DNA from: Thiothrix sp.
Lineage (GTDB): Bacteria > Pseudomonadota > Gammaproteobacteria > Poriferisulfidales > GCA-002705445
DNA: 64,000 bases
Direction: 5' to 3'
Assembly (NCBI GenBank): GCA_038141665.1
Contig: JAYQIN010000002.1
Coordinates: 208,263-272,262, forward strand
Shown here: positions 8,725-20,004 of the stretch, piece after piece
How the letters are laid out: every line of letters begins with the position of its first letter
How positions within the stretch are numbered: the stretch's first letter is position 1
The notes under the pieces: model-generated
The model's database searches: none
The model's input: only the letters and a program-made list of their open reading frames with translations
What the model was told of the DNA's origin: nothing
Translations under genes and position numbers: made by a program

Positions 8725-9975
8725 TTACATGCGTTTAAATATTAATGTGCCATTAGTTCCACCAAACCCAAATGAATTTGACATGGCGACTTTAACTTCT
8801 TTTTCTCTCGCAATTTTTGGGACATAATCGAGATCACACTCTGGATCTTGATTATTTAGATTTATTGTTGGAGGCAATATATTATCTTTTATAGCTAATA
8901 CAGAAAATACTGCCTCAACTCCTCCTGCAGCTCCTAATAAATGGCCTATCATTGATTTTGTAGAGCTTACTGGGGTATTTTTTGCATTATCAATCCCTAA
9001 TGCAGTTTTTATGGCGTCTGTTTCTGCCTTGTCTCCAGCAGGAGTTGATGTTCCATGAGCATTTATATAATCAACCTCATTTTCATTGAGAGATGCTTCT
9101 CTTAAAGCAAGTTTCATACATTTTGCCGCGCCTGCCCCACCTGCTGCAGGCTGAGTCATATGGTGAGCGTCACTATTAATACCAAAACCTACAATTTCAC
9201 AATATATGTTTGCTCCACGTTTTTTTGCATGCTCATAATCCTCAAGAACTAAAATACCAGCACCATCGCCAAGAACAAAACCATTTCTATCAACATCACA
9301 TGGTTTGCTAGCTGTTTCTGGGTCATCGTTGTTTGAAGAGCAAAGAGCTTTTGCAGATGCGAAACCACCAATTCCTAATGGACATGTAGCCATTTCTGCC
9401 CCTCCAGCAATCATGCAGTCTACATAACCGTGTTTAATTAATCTTGCAGCATCTCCTATGCTATGAGTCCCAGTTGCACATGCTGATACTAAAGATAAAT
9501 TTGGACCTGTAATTCCATACATAATAGATAAATATCCAGAAACCATATTTATAATAGAACTTGGAACAAAAAATGGAGATATTTTTCTGGGTCCATTTTC
9601 TAAAAAGTTTACATAATTTCTTTCAATATAGGGTAAACCACCTATACCTGAACCAATTGATATACCAACTCTATCACTATTTTCTTCTGATATTTCTAAA
9701 CCAGCATCATTTATAGCCATTACACTAGCCCCAATACCATAATGGATAAAGGTATCCATTTTTTTTTGATTCTTTGGAGATATAAATTCGTCCGCATTGA
9801 AATCAGTTACTGAACCAGAAATTTGCACTGAAAAGGAAGATGCATCAAAAGATGTAATTTTCCTTATACCGCTAACTCCATTTTTAATATTAGTCCACGC
9901 TTTATCTATAGTTGATCCAACAGGCGAAACTATTCCTAATCCTGTTACTACTACACGTCTGGTATTCTCTGTCAT
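8725..9975 (-). CDS. fabF: 3-oxoacyl-ACP synthase II
   Basis: 416 aa KAS II with the active-site Cys (ACATG) and the two His (HGTSTPAGD, GHLLGAAG). Confidence 0.9.
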   Translation of the reverse strand: MTENTRRVVVTGLGIVSPVGSTIDKAWTNIKNGVSGIRKITSFDASSFSVQISGSVTDFNADEFISPKNQKKMDTFIHYGIGASVMAINDAGLEISEENSDRVGISIGSGIGGLPYIERNYVNFLENGPRKISPFFVPSSIINMVSGYLSIMYGITGPNLSLVSACATGTHSIGDAARLIKHGYVDCMIAGGAEMATCPLGIGGFASAKALCSSNNDDPETASKPCDVDRNGFVLGDGAGILVLEDYEHAKKRGANIYCEIVGFGINSDAHHMTQPAAGGAGAAKCMKLALREASLNENEVDYINAHGTSTPAGDKAETDAIKTALGIDNAKNTPVSSTKSMIGHLLGAAGGVEAVFSVLAIKDNILPPTINLNNQDPECDLDYVPKIAREKEVKVAMSNSFGFGGTNGTLIFKRM

Positions 9976-10002
9976 TATAAATTAAATTTTAATATATTAA
10001 GG

Positions 10003-10236
10003 TTACTTGCTGTTTGCCTCAACATAAGCATTTGCTTGCGCCACTGTTGTAATTTTTTCAGCCTCTTCATTTGGAATTTCACAATCAAACTCTTCCTCTA
10101 ATGCCATAACTAACTCTACAGTGTCAAGCGAATCTGCGCCTAAATCATCTACGAAAGAAGCATTTTCAGTGATTTGATCTTCCTTAACACCAAGTTGCTC
10201 CATAATTACTTTTTTTACTCTTTCTTCATTGCTCAT
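10003..10236 (-). CDS. acpP: Acyl carrier protein
   Basis: 77 aa with the [20 protein letters not shown] phosphopantetheine attachment site. Confidence 0.95.
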   Translation of the reverse strand: MSNEERVKKVIMEQLGVKEDQITENASFVDDLGADSLDTVELVMALEEEFDCEIPNEEAEKITTVAQANAYVEANSK

Positions 10237-10314
10237 GCTATCCCCTATTGGTTGTGATGCTTATAAAACCCGCTCATTCTATTAAATATATGCAAGATAA
10301 TCCAGAAATGATTA

Positions 10315-11058
10315 CTATGGCATAAATAAGCCTCCATTTACATTTATTGTTTCTCCAGTTATGTAAGATGCTTTGTCAGATGCCAAAAAAGATACCGCAT
10401 AAGCAATATCCTCTGCTTTTCCCATCTTATTTACAGGAATATTTTTAGATATTTGCTCTTTTTGAGCGTCATTCAGCTTATCTGTCATGTCTGTTTCGAT
10501 AAAACCAGGCGATACACAGTTTACAGTAATCCCTCTGGTGGCAACCTCTTTTGCCAATGATTTGCAAAATCCCACCATTCCAGATTTTGATGTAACATAG
10601 TTTGTCTGTCCAGCATTACCGGTACTTGCAACGACTGAAGAAATACAAATAATTCGACCTTTTCTCTTTTTTATCATAGGTTTAACAAATATTTTTGATA
10701 TTTTGTATAAAGAGTTAATATTGGTTTCAATTGTATCAAACCATTGATTATCATCCATACGTATCAGAAGATTATCGTTAGTTATTCCAGCATTACTAAC
10801 AAGAATATCAGGTGTATCAGAATAATCTTCATTTATACTTTCAAAAAGGCTATTAATTGAATCTTGATCTTTGATATCTAATTTATATGCTTTTCCTTCA
10901 ATATTATTAGCTTCTAATTCTTTTTTAAGTAAATTAATTGAATTGTCACTTGTACCAGTTCCAAGGACGATATAATCATGTTTTGACATTTCTTTAGCGA
11001 TTGCCAAACCTATTCCTCTTGTTGCTCCAGTTATAAGTGCTATTTTTTTATTGTTCAT
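10315..11058 (-). CDS. fabG: 3-oxoacyl-ACP reductase
   Basis: SDR with TGATRGIG cofactor motif, NAG and YxxxK. Confidence 0.9.
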   Translation of the reverse strand: MNNKKIALITGATRGIGLAIAKEMSKHDYIVLGTGTSDNSINLLKKELEANNIEGKAYKLDIKDQDSINSLFESINEDYSDTPDILVSNAGITNDNLLIRMDDNQWFDTIETNINSLYKISKIFVKPMIKKRKGRIICISSVVASTGNAGQTNYVTSKSGMVGFCKSLAKEVATRGITVNCVSPGFIETDMTDKLNDAQKEQISKNIPVNKMGKAEDIAYAVSFLASDKASYITGETINVNGGLFMP

Positions 11059-11981
11059 AAACTGCTCAATGTCTCTAGTGCTGCTTCTAAACTAACCACA
11101 TCAGAAACAGACAATGATTTTATACTATTATCAATTCTTTTGTTAAAAGATGTGAGAACCTTACCAGGTCCCAATTCTAACATCGTATCAACTCCTTGTT
11201 GTTCCATATGCTCTACAGTCTCAATCCAACGGACAGAAGAATATAGCTGCCTTACTAAAGCATCTTTTATTTTATTTTCTTCTTGTTCAGTTTTAACGTC
11301 AACATTATTTACAACAGGAATATTGGGCGTGTTAAAATTAAATTTATTAATAAATTCTTCGAATATTTTTGATTGCTCAATCATTAAAGATGAATGAGCT
11401 GCTACGCTAACTGGTAAAGGTATAATTTTCTTTGCATTATTAGATGTAGCTAAATCCGACAATTGTTTTACTCCTTCCTCTGTACCAGATATAACAATTT
11501 GGCCTGGAGCATTTAAATTAGCAATACTAACTTCACTTAAAGTGTTTTCTTCATATATATTTTTAAGTTTTTGATAATCAATACCAATCACAGCAGCCAT
11601 TTTGCCAGCAGGTGCAGCCTTCATACATTGGGCTCTTTTTTTTACTAGATTTACAGCATCTTTAAATTTCAATGCACCCGAGGCACACAGAGCTGTGTAT
11701 TCTCCAAAACTATGGCCTGCTAAATAAATGGGGCTATCTCCGCCTTCATCATTCCATATTTTCCAAATTGCAAATGATGCGCATAACATTATTGGTTGTG
11801 TAAATTCTGTATCATTAATTTTAGTTTCTGGACCATTTTTTGTAATTTTCCAAAGATCGCAGGAAAGGATATCAGATGCTTCTTCAAAAATTTCTGAAAC
11901 TATATTATATGAAGACTTTAGATCTTTAAGCATTCCAATACTTTGAGAGCCCTGCCCTGGAAATAAAATTCCTAAACCCAT
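11055..11981 (-). CDS. fabD: Malonyl-CoA-ACP transacylase
   Basis: GQGSQ and GHSFGEY active-site motifs. Confidence 0.9.
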   Translation of the reverse strand: MGLGILFPGQGSQSIGMLKDLKSSYNIVSEIFEEASDILSCDLWKITKNGPETKINDTEFTQPIMLCASFAIWKIWNDEGGDSPIYLAGHSFGEYTALCASGALKFKDAVNLVKKRAQCMKAAPAGKMAAVIGIDYQKLKNIYEENTLSEVSIANLNAPGQIVISGTEEGVKQLSDLATSNNAKKIIPLPVSVAAHSSLMIEQSKIFEEFINKFNFNTPNIPVVNNVDVKTEQEENKIKDALVRQLYSSVRWIETVEHMEQQGVDTMLELGPGKVLTSFNKRIDNSIKSLSVSDVVSLEAALETLSSL

Positions 11982-12124
11982 TTATTAACTCCGCTGATTA
12001 TGCAGTAAATCAAAATATACTTAAAAGCACGTATACTAATGAAAACAAATATCTGTTATACTTTACATTAATTTTTTTAACTTAAAAACATAAATAATAC
12101 AATATTTATTTTGAATATAAAAAT
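11982..12124. promoter_or_regulatory. Divergent promoter region between fabD (-) and infA (+)
   Basis: This 143 bp AT-rich gap is the only non-coding interval between oppositely oriented operons here, so both promoters must lie within it. Confidence 0.3.
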
Positions 12125-12343
12125 ATGGCGAAAGAAGAACATATAGAAATGGAAGGTACAGTTATTGATACATTGCCTAACACCATGTTTAGAGTAGAGT
12201 TAGAAAATGGTCATATTGTAACTGCCCATATTTCTGGAAAGATGAGAAAGAATTACATTAGGATTTTAACTGGCGATAAAGTTACAGTAGCGCTTACACC
12301 ATATGATTTAACAAAAGGCAGAATAACTTTCAGAGATAGATAG
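12125..12343 (+). CDS. infA: Translation initiation factor IF-1
   Basis: 72 aa S1-like protein; [13 protein letters not shown]...FRVELENGH is near-identical to bacterial IF-1. Confidence 0.95.
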   Translation: MAKEEHIEMEGTVIDTLPNTMFRVELENGHIVTAHISGKMRKNYIRILTGDKVTVALTPYDLTKGRITFRDR

Positions 12344-12358
12344 TTATATAAAAAATTT

Positions 12359-12811
12359 ATGTCTTGGGTACCCCATATTACTGTTGCATCAATAATTGAA
12401 AATAATAACAATTATTTATTTGTTGAAGAATATGTAAATAATAAAAAAGTTCTTAATCAGCCAGCAGGTCATTTAGAAGAAAATGAAACTCTTGAAGAGG
12501 CATGTATAAGAGAAACTTTCGAGGAAACAAATTATTTAGTAGAGGTTGATTATTTAATTGGAATTTACCAAGAAAGAAGAAAATCATCATTAGACATGTG
12601 GCTAAGATTTTGTTTTAAATGCAGTATAGTTGAAGAAGATTCAAATAAAGAACTTGATAAAGCGATAATAAGGAAATTATGGTTGCCAAAAAGTGAAATC
12701 CTAGAACCAAAAATAACTTTAAGAAGCAAAATGGTTTTAAAATGCATCAATGACTTTGAAAAAGGAAAAAATTATCCAAAAAATATTATTAACAATTTAT
12801 TAGAAAAATGA
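12359..12811 (+). CDS. NUDIX hydrolase
   Basis: Nudix box GHLEENETLEEACIRETFEETN. Confidence 0.8.
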   Translation: MSWVPHITVASIIENNNNYLFVEEYVNNKKVLNQPAGHLEENETLEEACIRETFEETNYLVEVDYLIGIYQERRKSSLDMWLRFCFKCSIVEEDSNKELDKAIIRKLWLPKSEILEPKITLRSKMVLKCINDFEKGKNYPKNIINNLLEK

Positions 12812-13890
12812 CCAATAAAATTATTGTAGGTGTTTCTGGCGGTGTAGACTCAGCGGTATCATTAAAGCTTTTGCAAGATAAGGGTTATGAAGTAGAAGCA
12901 TTATTTATGAAAAATTGGGATGAAGATGACATAAATTCAGGCTGTAACGCAAAAGAAGATCTTGAGTATGCTGAAGATGTATGTAAAAAAATAAATATTA
13001 AACTTCACACAGCAAATTTTTCAGATCAATATTGGAATAAAATATTTTTAGGTTTTATAGATAACTACAAAAAAGGTCTAACACCAAATCCAGATATACT
13101 ATGTAATAAATTTATAAAATTTAAAGTTTTTTTGGATCATGCGGTTAGTCTTGGTGCAAGTAAAATAGCAACTGGCCATTATGCTAAGATAATTAAAGTT
13201 AATTCGTCTTTTATACTAACAACACCAAAAGACAAAAATAAGGATCAAACTTATTTCCTACATACTTTAGACCAAGATCAGCTCTCTAAAACAATATTTC
13301 CACTTTCGGATATTGAAAAAAGTGAAGTAAAGAAGATAGCAGAAAAGTCAGGGTTTAAATCCTATAATAAAAAAGAAAGTATGGGTATATGCTTTATTGG
13401 CAACAAAAAGTTTAAAAATTTTATAAGTAAATATATAAAAAATATTCCTGGAGACGTTGTAAATGAATTTAATGAAATTATCGGAAAACATAATGGTATG
13501 TTTTATACAACTATAGGGCAAAGAGAAGGAATAGGTATTGGAGGAAGAAAGGATTCTAAAAATTTACCATGGTATGTATACAAAAAAGACTTAGTAAATA
13601 ATAGATTATTTGTATGCCAAGGCAATGATAACCCTTTACTTTTTCATGATTTAATATTTATTAAAGATTTAAATATTATAACCAATGATATAAATGATGT
13701 TTTAAAAAAAAAACTTGTATGTCAAGTTAGGCATCTCGGTGAAAAATACAAATGTACCATCAAAAAAATTAAAGAAAATCTGTATTCAGTAAATTCTGAT
13801 AAAATTATTAGAGCTCCTGCACCTGGCCAGTCTTTAGTTATTTTTGATGGAAATAAATGTTTGGGTGGAGGCATAATAACTAATGAATAA
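12808..13890 (+). CDS. mnmA: tRNA-specific 2-thiouridylase
   Basis: PP-loop IVGVSGGVDSAVS at the N-terminus; 360 aa. Confidence 0.9.
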   Translation: MTNKIIVGVSGGVDSAVSLKLLQDKGYEVEALFMKNWDEDDINSGCNAKEDLEYAEDVCKKINIKLHTANFSDQYWNKIFLGFIDNYKKGLTPNPDILCNKFIKFKVFLDHAVSLGASKIATGHYAKIIKVNSSFILTTPKDKNKDQTYFLHTLDQDQLSKTIFPLSDIEKSEVKKIAEKSGFKSYNKKESMGICFIGNKKFKNFISKYIKNIPGDVVNEFNEIIGKHNGMFYTTIGQREGIGIGGRKDSKNLPWYVYKKDLVNNRLFVCQGNDNPLLFHDLIFIKDLNIITNDINDVLKKKLVCQVRHLGEKYKCTIKKIKENLYSVNSDKIIRAPAPGQSLVIFDGNKCLGGGIITNE

Positions 13891-14491
13891 AGTTAACAAT
13901 GACTACTTAACTTCACTAATTGCAATGATGCAAAGTGTCTACTTTATTAATAGAATTGCAACTACTGACTACGATGCAACTCAAGAATTAGATATGCTTA
14001 TAAGAAGCATATATATAAAAAATACTTTTGAGTCCTCAAAAATATATAATCATAAAACTGCTCTTGCAGGCGGTTGTAAATTACTAAAAGATATTTTGAA
14101 TGGCAAAAATGATATATCTATACTTACTATGCAAAAATACGCTCTAAATATTATTTTAATACAAAAAAATATAAATAAAATCAGTGATTTAAAAAATATG
14201 ATTGGAAAAAAAATTGATAATTATCAAGATAATAGTATGATGTCTACAAATTTAAATGACCTGATTGCTTATTCTGAGGAAATCTATAAAGAATATATAG
14301 GAATTATTAGGCCTAGAGTTGTGATTTCTGGAAAAAAAGAATATTTAGAAAAAAACTCATCTCTAATAAGAGCTTTGTTATTGAGTGGAATAAGAGCTGC
14401 TTTTTTATGGGATTATCACGGTGGATCAAAGTGGCATCTCATGTTTAGAAGAAAGGAAATTTTAAATAAATGCGAGAGTTTTTTTATTTAA
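13883..14491 (+). CDS. hflD: HflD-like protein (DUF489)
   Basis: ~200 aa gene directly downstream of mnmA, as in E. coli mnmA-hflD. The N-terminus (LTSLIAMMQSVYFINRIA) resembles HflD (ITLALAGICQSARLVQQLA). Confidence 0.5.
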   Translation: MNKVNNDYLTSLIAMMQSVYFINRIATTDYDATQELDMLIRSIYIKNTFESSKIYNHKTALAGGCKLLKDILNGKNDISILTMQKYALNIILIQKNINKISDLKNMIGKKIDNYQDNSMMSTNLNDLIAYSEEIYKEYIGIIRPRVVISGKKEYLEKNSSLIRALLLSGIRAAFLWDYHGGSKWHLMFRRKEILNKCESFFI

Positions 14492-14512
14492 ATTAAACAA
14501 GGATAAATTCTA

Positions 14513-17149
14513 ATGAAAAATAGTTTTAATACAAAATCAAAAATTGAGTGTGGAAATAAAAAATATACAATCTTTGATATCTCAAAAATTAGTGGTGTAG
14601 AAAAACTACCCTACTCCATAAAAATATTATTGGAAAATTTAGTTCGTAACGAAGATGATATGACCGTTACAGAAGAAGATATAAAAGCTATTATAGATTG
14701 GCAAAAGCATGCTGGCCAAAAAGAAATAGCATATAGGCCAGCAAGGGTACTAATGCAAGATTTTACAGGTGTTCCTGCAGTGGTAGATTTAGCAGCAATG
14801 AGAGATGCGATAAAAAAACTTGGCAAGAGTCCAAACGATATCAACCCATTACAGCCTGCTGAATTAGTTATAGATCATTCTGTTCAGGTTGATAATTTTG
14901 GGAGCGATAAAGCCTTCGACTTGAATGCACAATTAGAATACGAAAGAAATCTTGAAAGATACAAGTTTTTAAAATGGGGTCAATCAGCATTTTCAAATTT
15001 TAAAGTTGTGCCACCTGACACTGGAATAGTTCACCAAATCAATATTGAGTTTTTAGCTAGATGTATCTTTACAAAAAAAATTAATGATGAAGATTACGCG
15101 TACCCAGATACTGTTGTAGGTACTGACTCACACACAACAATGATCAATGGTATAGGTGTTTTAGGCTGGGGAGTCGGTGGGATTGAAGCAGAAGCCTCGA
15201 TGTTAGGACAACCAATTTCTATGCTTATTCCAAAAGTTGTTGGTTTTAAGTTAACTGGAAAAGTTTCAGAAGGTGTTACGGCAACAGATGTTGTTTTGAA
15301 TATTGTTGAAATACTAAGAAAGCATGGTGTAGTTGGAAAGTTTGTAGAATTTTATGGCGATGGTCTTGATAATATATCACTTGGTGATAGAGCGACAATA
15401 GCAAACATGGCGCCTGAATATGGCGCAACTTGTGGAATATTTCCAATTGATGATGAGACAATTGACTATATGAAACTTTCTAATCGTGATGAAGATAAAA
15501 TTGATCTAATAAAAAAATATTCTGAGAAAGTAGGAATGACAAGAAGCGATTGTGATAAAGCAGAATATACTGAGAATATTGAATTAGATATTTCATCGGT
15601 TTTGCCTTCCATAGCTGGGCCAAAAAGACCTCAAGATCGTATTAATTTGAAAGATGCCAAAGATTCATTTCAAAAGGAACTTTCTATAATAGATCCAAAA
15701 AATAAAGAATCTGAAATAATGTTAAAAGATGATAAATTTTCAATAAAGAACGGCGATATTGTAATTGCCGCAATTACGTCATGCACAAATACTTCTAACC
15801 CAAGTGTAATGATAGCAGCTGGCTTAGTAGCTAAGAAAGCTAGAGAATTAGGCTTAGAGAGAAAGCCATGGGTAAAAACTTCTTTAGCACCTGGCTCAAT
15901 GGTGGTAACAGAGTATCTAAAAAATTCAAACCTTTTAAAACCAATGGAAGAACTTGGATTTCATAATGTTGGTTATGGTTGTGCTACTTGCATTGGAAAT
16001 TCCGGACCTTTAATAAAAGAAATAAGTGACGGCATTAAAGAAAATGACTTAGTAGCAGCTTCAGTATTGTCTGGTAATAGAAATTTTGAAGGTAGAGTTC
16101 ATGCTGAGGTTAAGCTTAACTACTTGGCATCACCACCTTTAGTTATAGCTTATGCGATAGCAGGATCTATGAATATTGATATAACTAGTGAGCCACTAGC
16201 AAAGAATAAAGATGGCAAAGATATATATTTAAAAGATATCTGGCCATCAAATTCAGAAATTAATAATATTTTAAAATCTTCTCTTACTGCAGAACAGTTT
16301 AAATCATCATATGAAAATATATATGAGGGTGAAAAAGAATGGAAAAATATCGATGTTGCAAAAAATAACCAATACGAATGGGATGAGTCAACCTATATAG
16401 CAAATCCACCCTACTTTGAAAATATGTCACCAAATGATTTAGAAATTGATGAGATAAAATCTGCTAGAGTCTTAGCATATCTAGGTGATTCTGTAACAAC
16501 AGACCATATTTCTCCTGCGGGAAACATTAAAGAAGATAGTCCTGCTGGAAAATATTTAATGAGTAAAAATGTTAAACCAAGTCAATTTAATTCATATGGT
16601 TCAAGAAGAGGTAATCATCAAGTAATGATGAGAGGAACATTTGCAAATATAAGATTAAAGAATAAACTTGTGCCACATATTGAAGGCGGTTATACATTAC
16701 ATATTCCTACTAATAAAGAAATGACAATTTTTGATGCTGCAATGGAATATAAAAAAGATTCAATACCAACAATAATTATTGCAGGTAAAGAATATGGAAG
16801 TGGATCCTCTAGAGATTGGGCTGCTAAAGGACCTAAGCTTCAAGGCGTAAGTGCAGTTCTTACAGAAAGTTTTGAAAGAATTCATAGATCTAATCTTGTT
16901 GGAATGGGAATACTTCCCTTACAATTTAAAGATGGAGAAACTGCAGAGACTTTTGGGCTTTCAGGAAAAGAAGAATTTACAATAAGCGGCATACAAAATG
17001 GTGAGGCTAAAACTGTCACAATACACGCTCAAAGCGGTAATAAAAAAGTGTCATTCGAAGTTAATGTTAGAATTGATACTCCACAGGAAGTAAAATACTT
17101 TAAGAGCGGCGGAATACTTCAATATGTTTTAAAACAAATAGCTGCTTAA
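14513..17149 (+). CDS. acnA: Aconitate hydratase A
   Basis: 878 aa with Fe-S cluster ligand motifs (SCTNTSN, GCATCIGNSG) and aconitase swivel domain. Confidence 0.95.
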   Translation: MKNSFNTKSKIECGNKKYTIFDISKISGVEKLPYSIKILLENLVRNEDDMTVTEEDIKAIIDWQKHAGQKEIAYRPARVLMQDFTGVPAVVDLAAMRDAIKKLGKSPNDINPLQPAELVIDHSVQVDNFGSDKAFDLNAQLEYERNLERYKFLKWGQSAFSNFKVVPPDTGIVHQINIEFLARCIFTKKINDEDYAYPDTVVGTDSHTTMINGIGVLGWGVGGIEAEASMLGQPISMLIPKVVGFKLTGKVSEGVTATDVVLNIVEILRKHGVVGKFVEFYGDGLDNISLGDRATIANMAPEYGATCGIFPIDDETIDYMKLSNRDEDKIDLIKKYSEKVGMTRSDCDKAEYTENIELDISSVLPSIAGPKRPQDRINLKDAKDSFQKELSIIDPKNKESEIMLKDDKFSIKNGDIVIAAITSCTNTSNPSVMIAAGLVAKKARELGLERKPWVKTSLAPGSMVVTEYLKNSNLLKPMEELGFHNVGYGCATCIGNSGPLIKEISDGIKENDLVAASVLSGNRNFEGRVHAEVKLNYLASPPLVIAYAIAGSMNIDITSEPLAKNKDGKDIYLKDIWPSNSEINNILKSSLTAEQFKSSYENIYEGEKEWKNIDVAKNNQYEWDESTYIANPPYFENMSPNDLEIDEIKSARVLAYLGDSVTTDHISPAGNIKEDSPAGKYLMSKNVKPSQFNSYGSRRGNHQVMMRGTFANIRLKNKLVPHIEGGYTLHIPTNKEMTIFDAAMEYKKDSIPTIIIAGKEYGSGSSRDWAAKGPKLQGVSAVLTESFERIHRSNLVGMGILPLQFKDGETAETFGLSGKEEFTISGIQNGEAKTVTIHAQSGNKKVSFEVNVRIDTPQEVKYFKSGGILQYVLKQIAA

Positions 17150-17185
17150 ATTATTTTATACCGCCCTTTGTTAACTCTAACGGAT

Positions 17186-18540
17186 CTAAAACTTTTTTAG
17201 CTCTTTTTCGGATAAATTAGTTTCCTCAAGGGCGATTTCAATAATAGGCTTCCCTGTTTTGTATGCTTTTTTAGCTATAAAAGCACCTTTTTCATAACCT
17301 ATAACTCTATTTAAGGCAGTTACTAATATTGGATTAGCATTAATAGATTTATTAACAATAGCTTCGTTAACTTTAAAATCTAGAATTGATTTTTTAGATA
17401 AACTTACTGCAGTATTTGAAATAATATTTATGCTTTGTACAATATTATAAGCAATAATTGGTAAAGTTACATTTAGTTGAAAATTACCAGTCTGACCACA
17501 AACCATAATCGTAGTATCATTGCCTATAACTTGTGAGCATGCCATTATTGCTGACTCAGGAATCACAGGATTAACTTTTCCAGGCATTATACTACTTCCA
17601 GGCTGTAAAGCATTTAAAGTTATATCAGAAATCCCAGATCCTGGTCCAGAGTTCATCCACCTCAAGTCATTTGAAATTTTAATTAAAGAAACAGCTAAAG
17701 ATTTTAAATGTGAACTAAATAGAACAATATCATCTTGTGAGCTTAAACCCTCAAATTTATTTTTTTTATCAGTATACTTAATTGTACTTTCCGCATTTAA
17801 CGATTTTATGCATTCTCTTGTAAATAATTTATGCGCATTAATCCCTGTGCCAACTGCTGTTCCACCTATGGGTAATCTTTTTAATCTCATAATACAAGTT
17901 TTTAAACTAGCCAAGTTATCATCTATTTGAGCTTTCCAGCCCGATATCTCTTGTCCAAAAGTAACTGGCATTGCATCCATAAGATGCGTTCTACCAGTTT
18001 TGACAACTTTATTTAGTTTCTTTGATTTTGTATTAAGATCTTTTGATAAAATATTTAAAGACGGAACTAACTTTGTTAAAGCCAAATTATAGGCACAATG
18101 ATTTATACCAGTAGGAATAACATCATTTGAACTCTGTGACATATTTACATGGTCATTTGGATGCACGTTTATTTTAAATTTTTTTTCGCAATGTTTGATA
18201 TAACTTCATTTACATTCATATTTGTACTAGTACCTGATCCTGTCTGAAAAACATCTACTGGGAAATGATCAACATCATAGAAATTAATTAAATACTTTGC
18301 AGATTTTACAATTGCATCGCTAATTTTTTTATCCAACAAACCTAATTTATAGTTAGCCTTCGCGGCAGCAATCTTAATTAATAAAATGCTTACAATAAAT
18401 TCTTTTGGCATTACTAAATCACTGATAGCAAAATTATCAATAGCCCTTTGCGTCTGTGGACCATACAAAGCATTTTTAGGTATATCTACTTTACCCATAC
18501 TGTCTTTTTCAATTCTGAAGTTATTTTTTTGATTTTTCAT
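17186..18540 (-). pseudogene. fumC: Class II fumarate hydratase with a frameshift in a T8/A8 homopolymer (probably a sequencing indel)
   Basis: ORF 18169-18540 gives the N-terminus through [15 protein letters not shown]...IAKKNLK and then stops. ORF 17186-18166 continues with HPNDHVNMSQSSNDV and GSSIMPGKVNP. Adding one A in the run at 18179-18186 fuses them into a ~455 aa FumC. Confidence 0.85.
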
Positions 18541-18619
18541 AGATGAATTATCTCTTAATTAACAATGTTACATAATTATAGTATAATCTAATTGTAAATT
18601 ACTACTGCAAAATAAAAAA
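18541..18619. promoter_or_regulatory. Divergent promoter region between fumC (-) and purB (+)
   Basis: 79 bp AT-rich gap between divergently oriented start codons. Confidence 0.3.
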
Positions 18620-20002
18620 ATGACAAATAAAAATATTGAGTACTCATTAATGGCTATTTCTCCAATAGATGGCAGATACGCAAACCAAATTGATAAAGAG
18701 CTTTACAGAATAAATAGTGAATACGGTCTCATTCAAAAAAGATTGTTTGTTGAAATTAAATGGTTTATTTATCTTACAACAATAAAACAAATCAAAAGTA
18801 AATTTAATATAAATAAATCCGAAAAAGAATATTTATTAAGTATAAATACGAATTTTAATATAAAAGAAGCAATAAAAATAAAAGAAATAGAAGATGTTAC
18901 TAATCATGATGTAAAATCAGTTGAGTACTATCTTCAGACTAAATTTGACAAGCATAAGACATTAAAACATAAAAAAGAATTAATACACTTTTGTGCTACT
19001 TCTGAAGATATTAATAATATATCCTACGCTTTAATGCATGAAGAAACAAAAGATATACTTTTGAAAAAACTCAATGAATTACAAAAAATTACTAAAGACA
19101 AACAAAAAAAATTCTATAACACGCCAATGTTATCAAGAACACATGGACAAAAAGCTTCTCCAACAACATTCGGAAAAGAGCTTAAAGTATTTACATCTAG
19201 AATTGATAAGCAAATTAAAAATATAAAAAATACTAAAACTTTTGCAAAAATGAATGGTGCTGTTGGAAATTATAATGCACATGCATTTGTTCTTCCTAAT
19301 ATAAAATGGGATCTTGAGACAAAAAAATTCTTAAAATCTATTGGTTTATCTCAAAATGAATATACTACTCAAATTGAAAACCATGACTGGATAGCAGAAT
19401 CTCTTAATAATATTACATTAGTATCTAGTATACTTTTAGATTTTTCAAAAGATATTTGGATGTATATAATGCTTGATTATATTAAACAAAAAACAATAAA
19501 GTCTGAAGTTGGCTCATCAACGATGCCGCATAAAGTAAATCCTATAAATTTCGAAAATGCAGAAGGAAATTTAGAAATAACAATATCATTAGCACAATCT
19601 ATAAGTAAAAAGCTAACATCATCAAGATTACAAAGAGATCTAACTGATTCTACTGTTTTAAGAAACTTAGGAGTTATTTACTCTCACTATTACATTTCTC
19701 TAATATCTTTAATTAAAGGCATGAAAAAGATAGATATTAATGTAAAAAAAATTAATGAAGAGCTTGATAGTAGCTGGGAAATTTTAGCAGAACCAATACA
19801 AACCGTTATGAGATACTATAACGTTAAAAATAGTTATGATATTTTAAAAAACGCCACAAGAGGAAAAAATATAAATAAAAATACTATTGATGAAATTATC
19901 AATAAATGTGATTTAGAAAAATCTGTAAAAACTAAACTTCTAAGATTAAAACCTAGAGATTATATTGGTATCGCCGAAAAAATAACACTAAAAAATAATT
20001 AA
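18620..20002 (+). CDS. purB: Adenylosuccinate lyase
   Basis: Fumarase/ASL family with SSTMPHKVNP signature; 460 aa. Confidence 0.9.
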   Translation: MTNKNIEYSLMAISPIDGRYANQIDKELYRINSEYGLIQKRLFVEIKWFIYLTTIKQIKSKFNINKSEKEYLLSINTNFNIKEAIKIKEIEDVTNHDVKSVEYYLQTKFDKHKTLKHKKELIHFCATSEDINNISYALMHEETKDILLKKLNELQKITKDKQKKFYNTPMLSRTHGQKASPTTFGKELKVFTSRIDKQIKNIKNTKTFAKMNGAVGNYNAHAFVLPNIKWDLETKKFLKSIGLSQNEYTTQIENHDWIAESLNNITLVSSILLDFSKDIWMYIMLDYIKQKTIKSEVGSSTMPHKVNPINFENAEGNLEITISLAQSISKKLTSSRLQRDLTDSTVLRNLGVIYSHYYISLISLIKGMKKIDINVKKINEELDSSWEILAEPIQTVMRYYNVKNSYDILKNATRGKNINKNTIDEIINKCDLEKSVKTKLLRLKPRDYIGIAEKITLKNN

Positions 20003-20004
20003 TA

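Noticed and set aside
10237-10314. Possible attenuator or terminator hairpin between acpP and fabG
   Set aside because: Only 3-bp complementary arms (GGC...GCC) were found and no stable stem followed by a U-tract.
17520-17930. 136-aa plus-strand ORF
   Set aside because: It lies entirely antisense within fumC. AT-rich genomes produce long chance ORFs on the opposite strand.
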